DNA from: a virus
Length of the DNA stretch: 64,000 nucleotides
Virus record (IMG/VR): IMGVR_UViG_3300049427_000004
Span: 1-64,000 of that record
Strand: one strand, 5' to 3'
The notes beneath the pieces were generated by a model. That model had not been told where the DNA came from, did not search any database, and worked only from the letters and a program-made list of their open reading frames with translations. Each line of letters starts with the position of its first letter. The first letter of the stretch is position 1. Shown here piece by piece: positions 63,406 through 64,000 of this stretch. Both the position numbers and the translations under genes were made by a program.

Positions 63406-64000
63406 TCGATCCCCTCTTTCTAATCCATATGAAAGACAAATTTTATCACCTAAAAATAAGAAACAATCCTCCTGCTGATATTGCGGTAAAAAGGAATCCT
63501 AAAAACAAACCTTCTAATAATCCCTTGGCATGAGCTTGATGTTCGGTGAAAGTCCAATCTTCTATTTTCTTAATCAAACAAACTCCTCCATTCCACGCCA
63601 TAATACGTGATCATCTTCAACACATCTAAAATACTCATTCAGGGGTGCATGATCATTCAACGAACATGAAATTCGATCTCCCCAATATTCACTTACGTTC
63701 ATGGCAACTAATACATCAGCAATAGATTCTCTGCCATAACTGTCTACACATATAATCTTCATAAGTGCATCTCCTTTTAAAATTGATGATTCAACGCCTC
63801 TTCTTCATACGACCAACATAATCCAAGGCAATAAATACCCAAAAGAAACTCCACAAAATTATCTTATTTCTAATTCCGATATTAAACACTTCTGAGTCGT
63901 CCTTGGTGGTTCGTTTAAAATGCCAACTTAGAATGCTCATAACGATCCAACCAAGGGCAATGTATGCTACTACATTGACTGCAATATTAATTAATATGGA

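Larger units (their letters stand above)
11669..63800. repeat. Dispersed 18-bp imperfect palindrome ATRAAA-N6-TTTYAT at gene boundaries (about 50 copies)
   Basis: Checked copies start at 11669, 15339, 15561, 15907, 16349, 17105, 18298, 19119, 20043, 20252, 27780, 28485, 28922, 29261, 33032, 42145, 47431, 48291, 52670, 55508, 55819, 58993, 59784, 60260, 61561, 62833. Confidence 0.85.
4481..64000 (-). mobile_element. SPbeta-like temperate prophage (partial; continues beyond the window)
   Basis: AT-rich, densely co-oriented genes; serine integrase at the boundary; SPbeta-type set of DnaE, RecJ, primase, helicase, RNR, ThyA and DinB/YolD. Confidence 0.93.
52447..64000 (-). other. Long array of more than 30 short accessory ORFs, most bounded by the 18-bp palindrome
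   Basis: ORF track plus unlisted small ORFs; the last ORF is partial at the window edge. Confidence 0.85.

Noticed and set aside
1-64000. CRISPR, TIGR-like or other tandem repeat-spacer arrays; tRNA genes; arbitrium aimR/aimP
   Set aside because: No regularly spaced direct repeats, cloverleaf T-loop motifs or TPR receptor were seen by eye; the 18-bp palindromes are separated by whole genes, not spacers.

Overview
Bases 1-~4480 are host chromosome of a Paenibacillus/Bacillales-like organism: a DedA gene (partial), a SulP anion transporter, a hypothetical protein, a lipoprotein, and a polytopic membrane-protein gene preceded by an exact sigmaK-type promoter. At ~4481 GC content falls abruptly and the membrane-protein gene is cut by a large SPbeta-like prophage that runs off the right edge. 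Almost all prophage genes are on the minus strand. They comprise a large serine integrase next to att, an unannotated 54-aa candidate directionality factor, a replication and recombination set (RecU-like, DnaE, RecJ-like, primase, DnaB-like, UvrD/PcrA, Gam-like), nucleotide metabolism (ThyA, NrdA, ATP-cone-fused NrdB, MazG-like), an SOS-boxed DinB-YolD cassette, sporulation-type regulators (sigmaE/K-like factor, RsfA-like), candidate counter-defence enzymes (RNA ligase, nucleotidyltransferase, macrodomain, metallophosphoesterase, GHKL ATPase), a GH15 hydrolase and roughly 90 short ORFs. The most striking unexplained structure is an 18-bp imperfect palindrome (consensus ATRAAA-N6-TTTYAT) seen about 50 times, nearly always between the stop codon of one accessory gene and the RBS of the next, which divides the accessory genome into cassette-like units. 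Other notable signals are a leader-ORF/hairpin switch over the candidate RDF, about seven genes whose RBS points at near-cognate starts (ATT/ATA/ATC/ACG), and a GC-rich structured-RNA candidate at 27391-27520. All family calls come from motif recognition by eye; no database searches were run.
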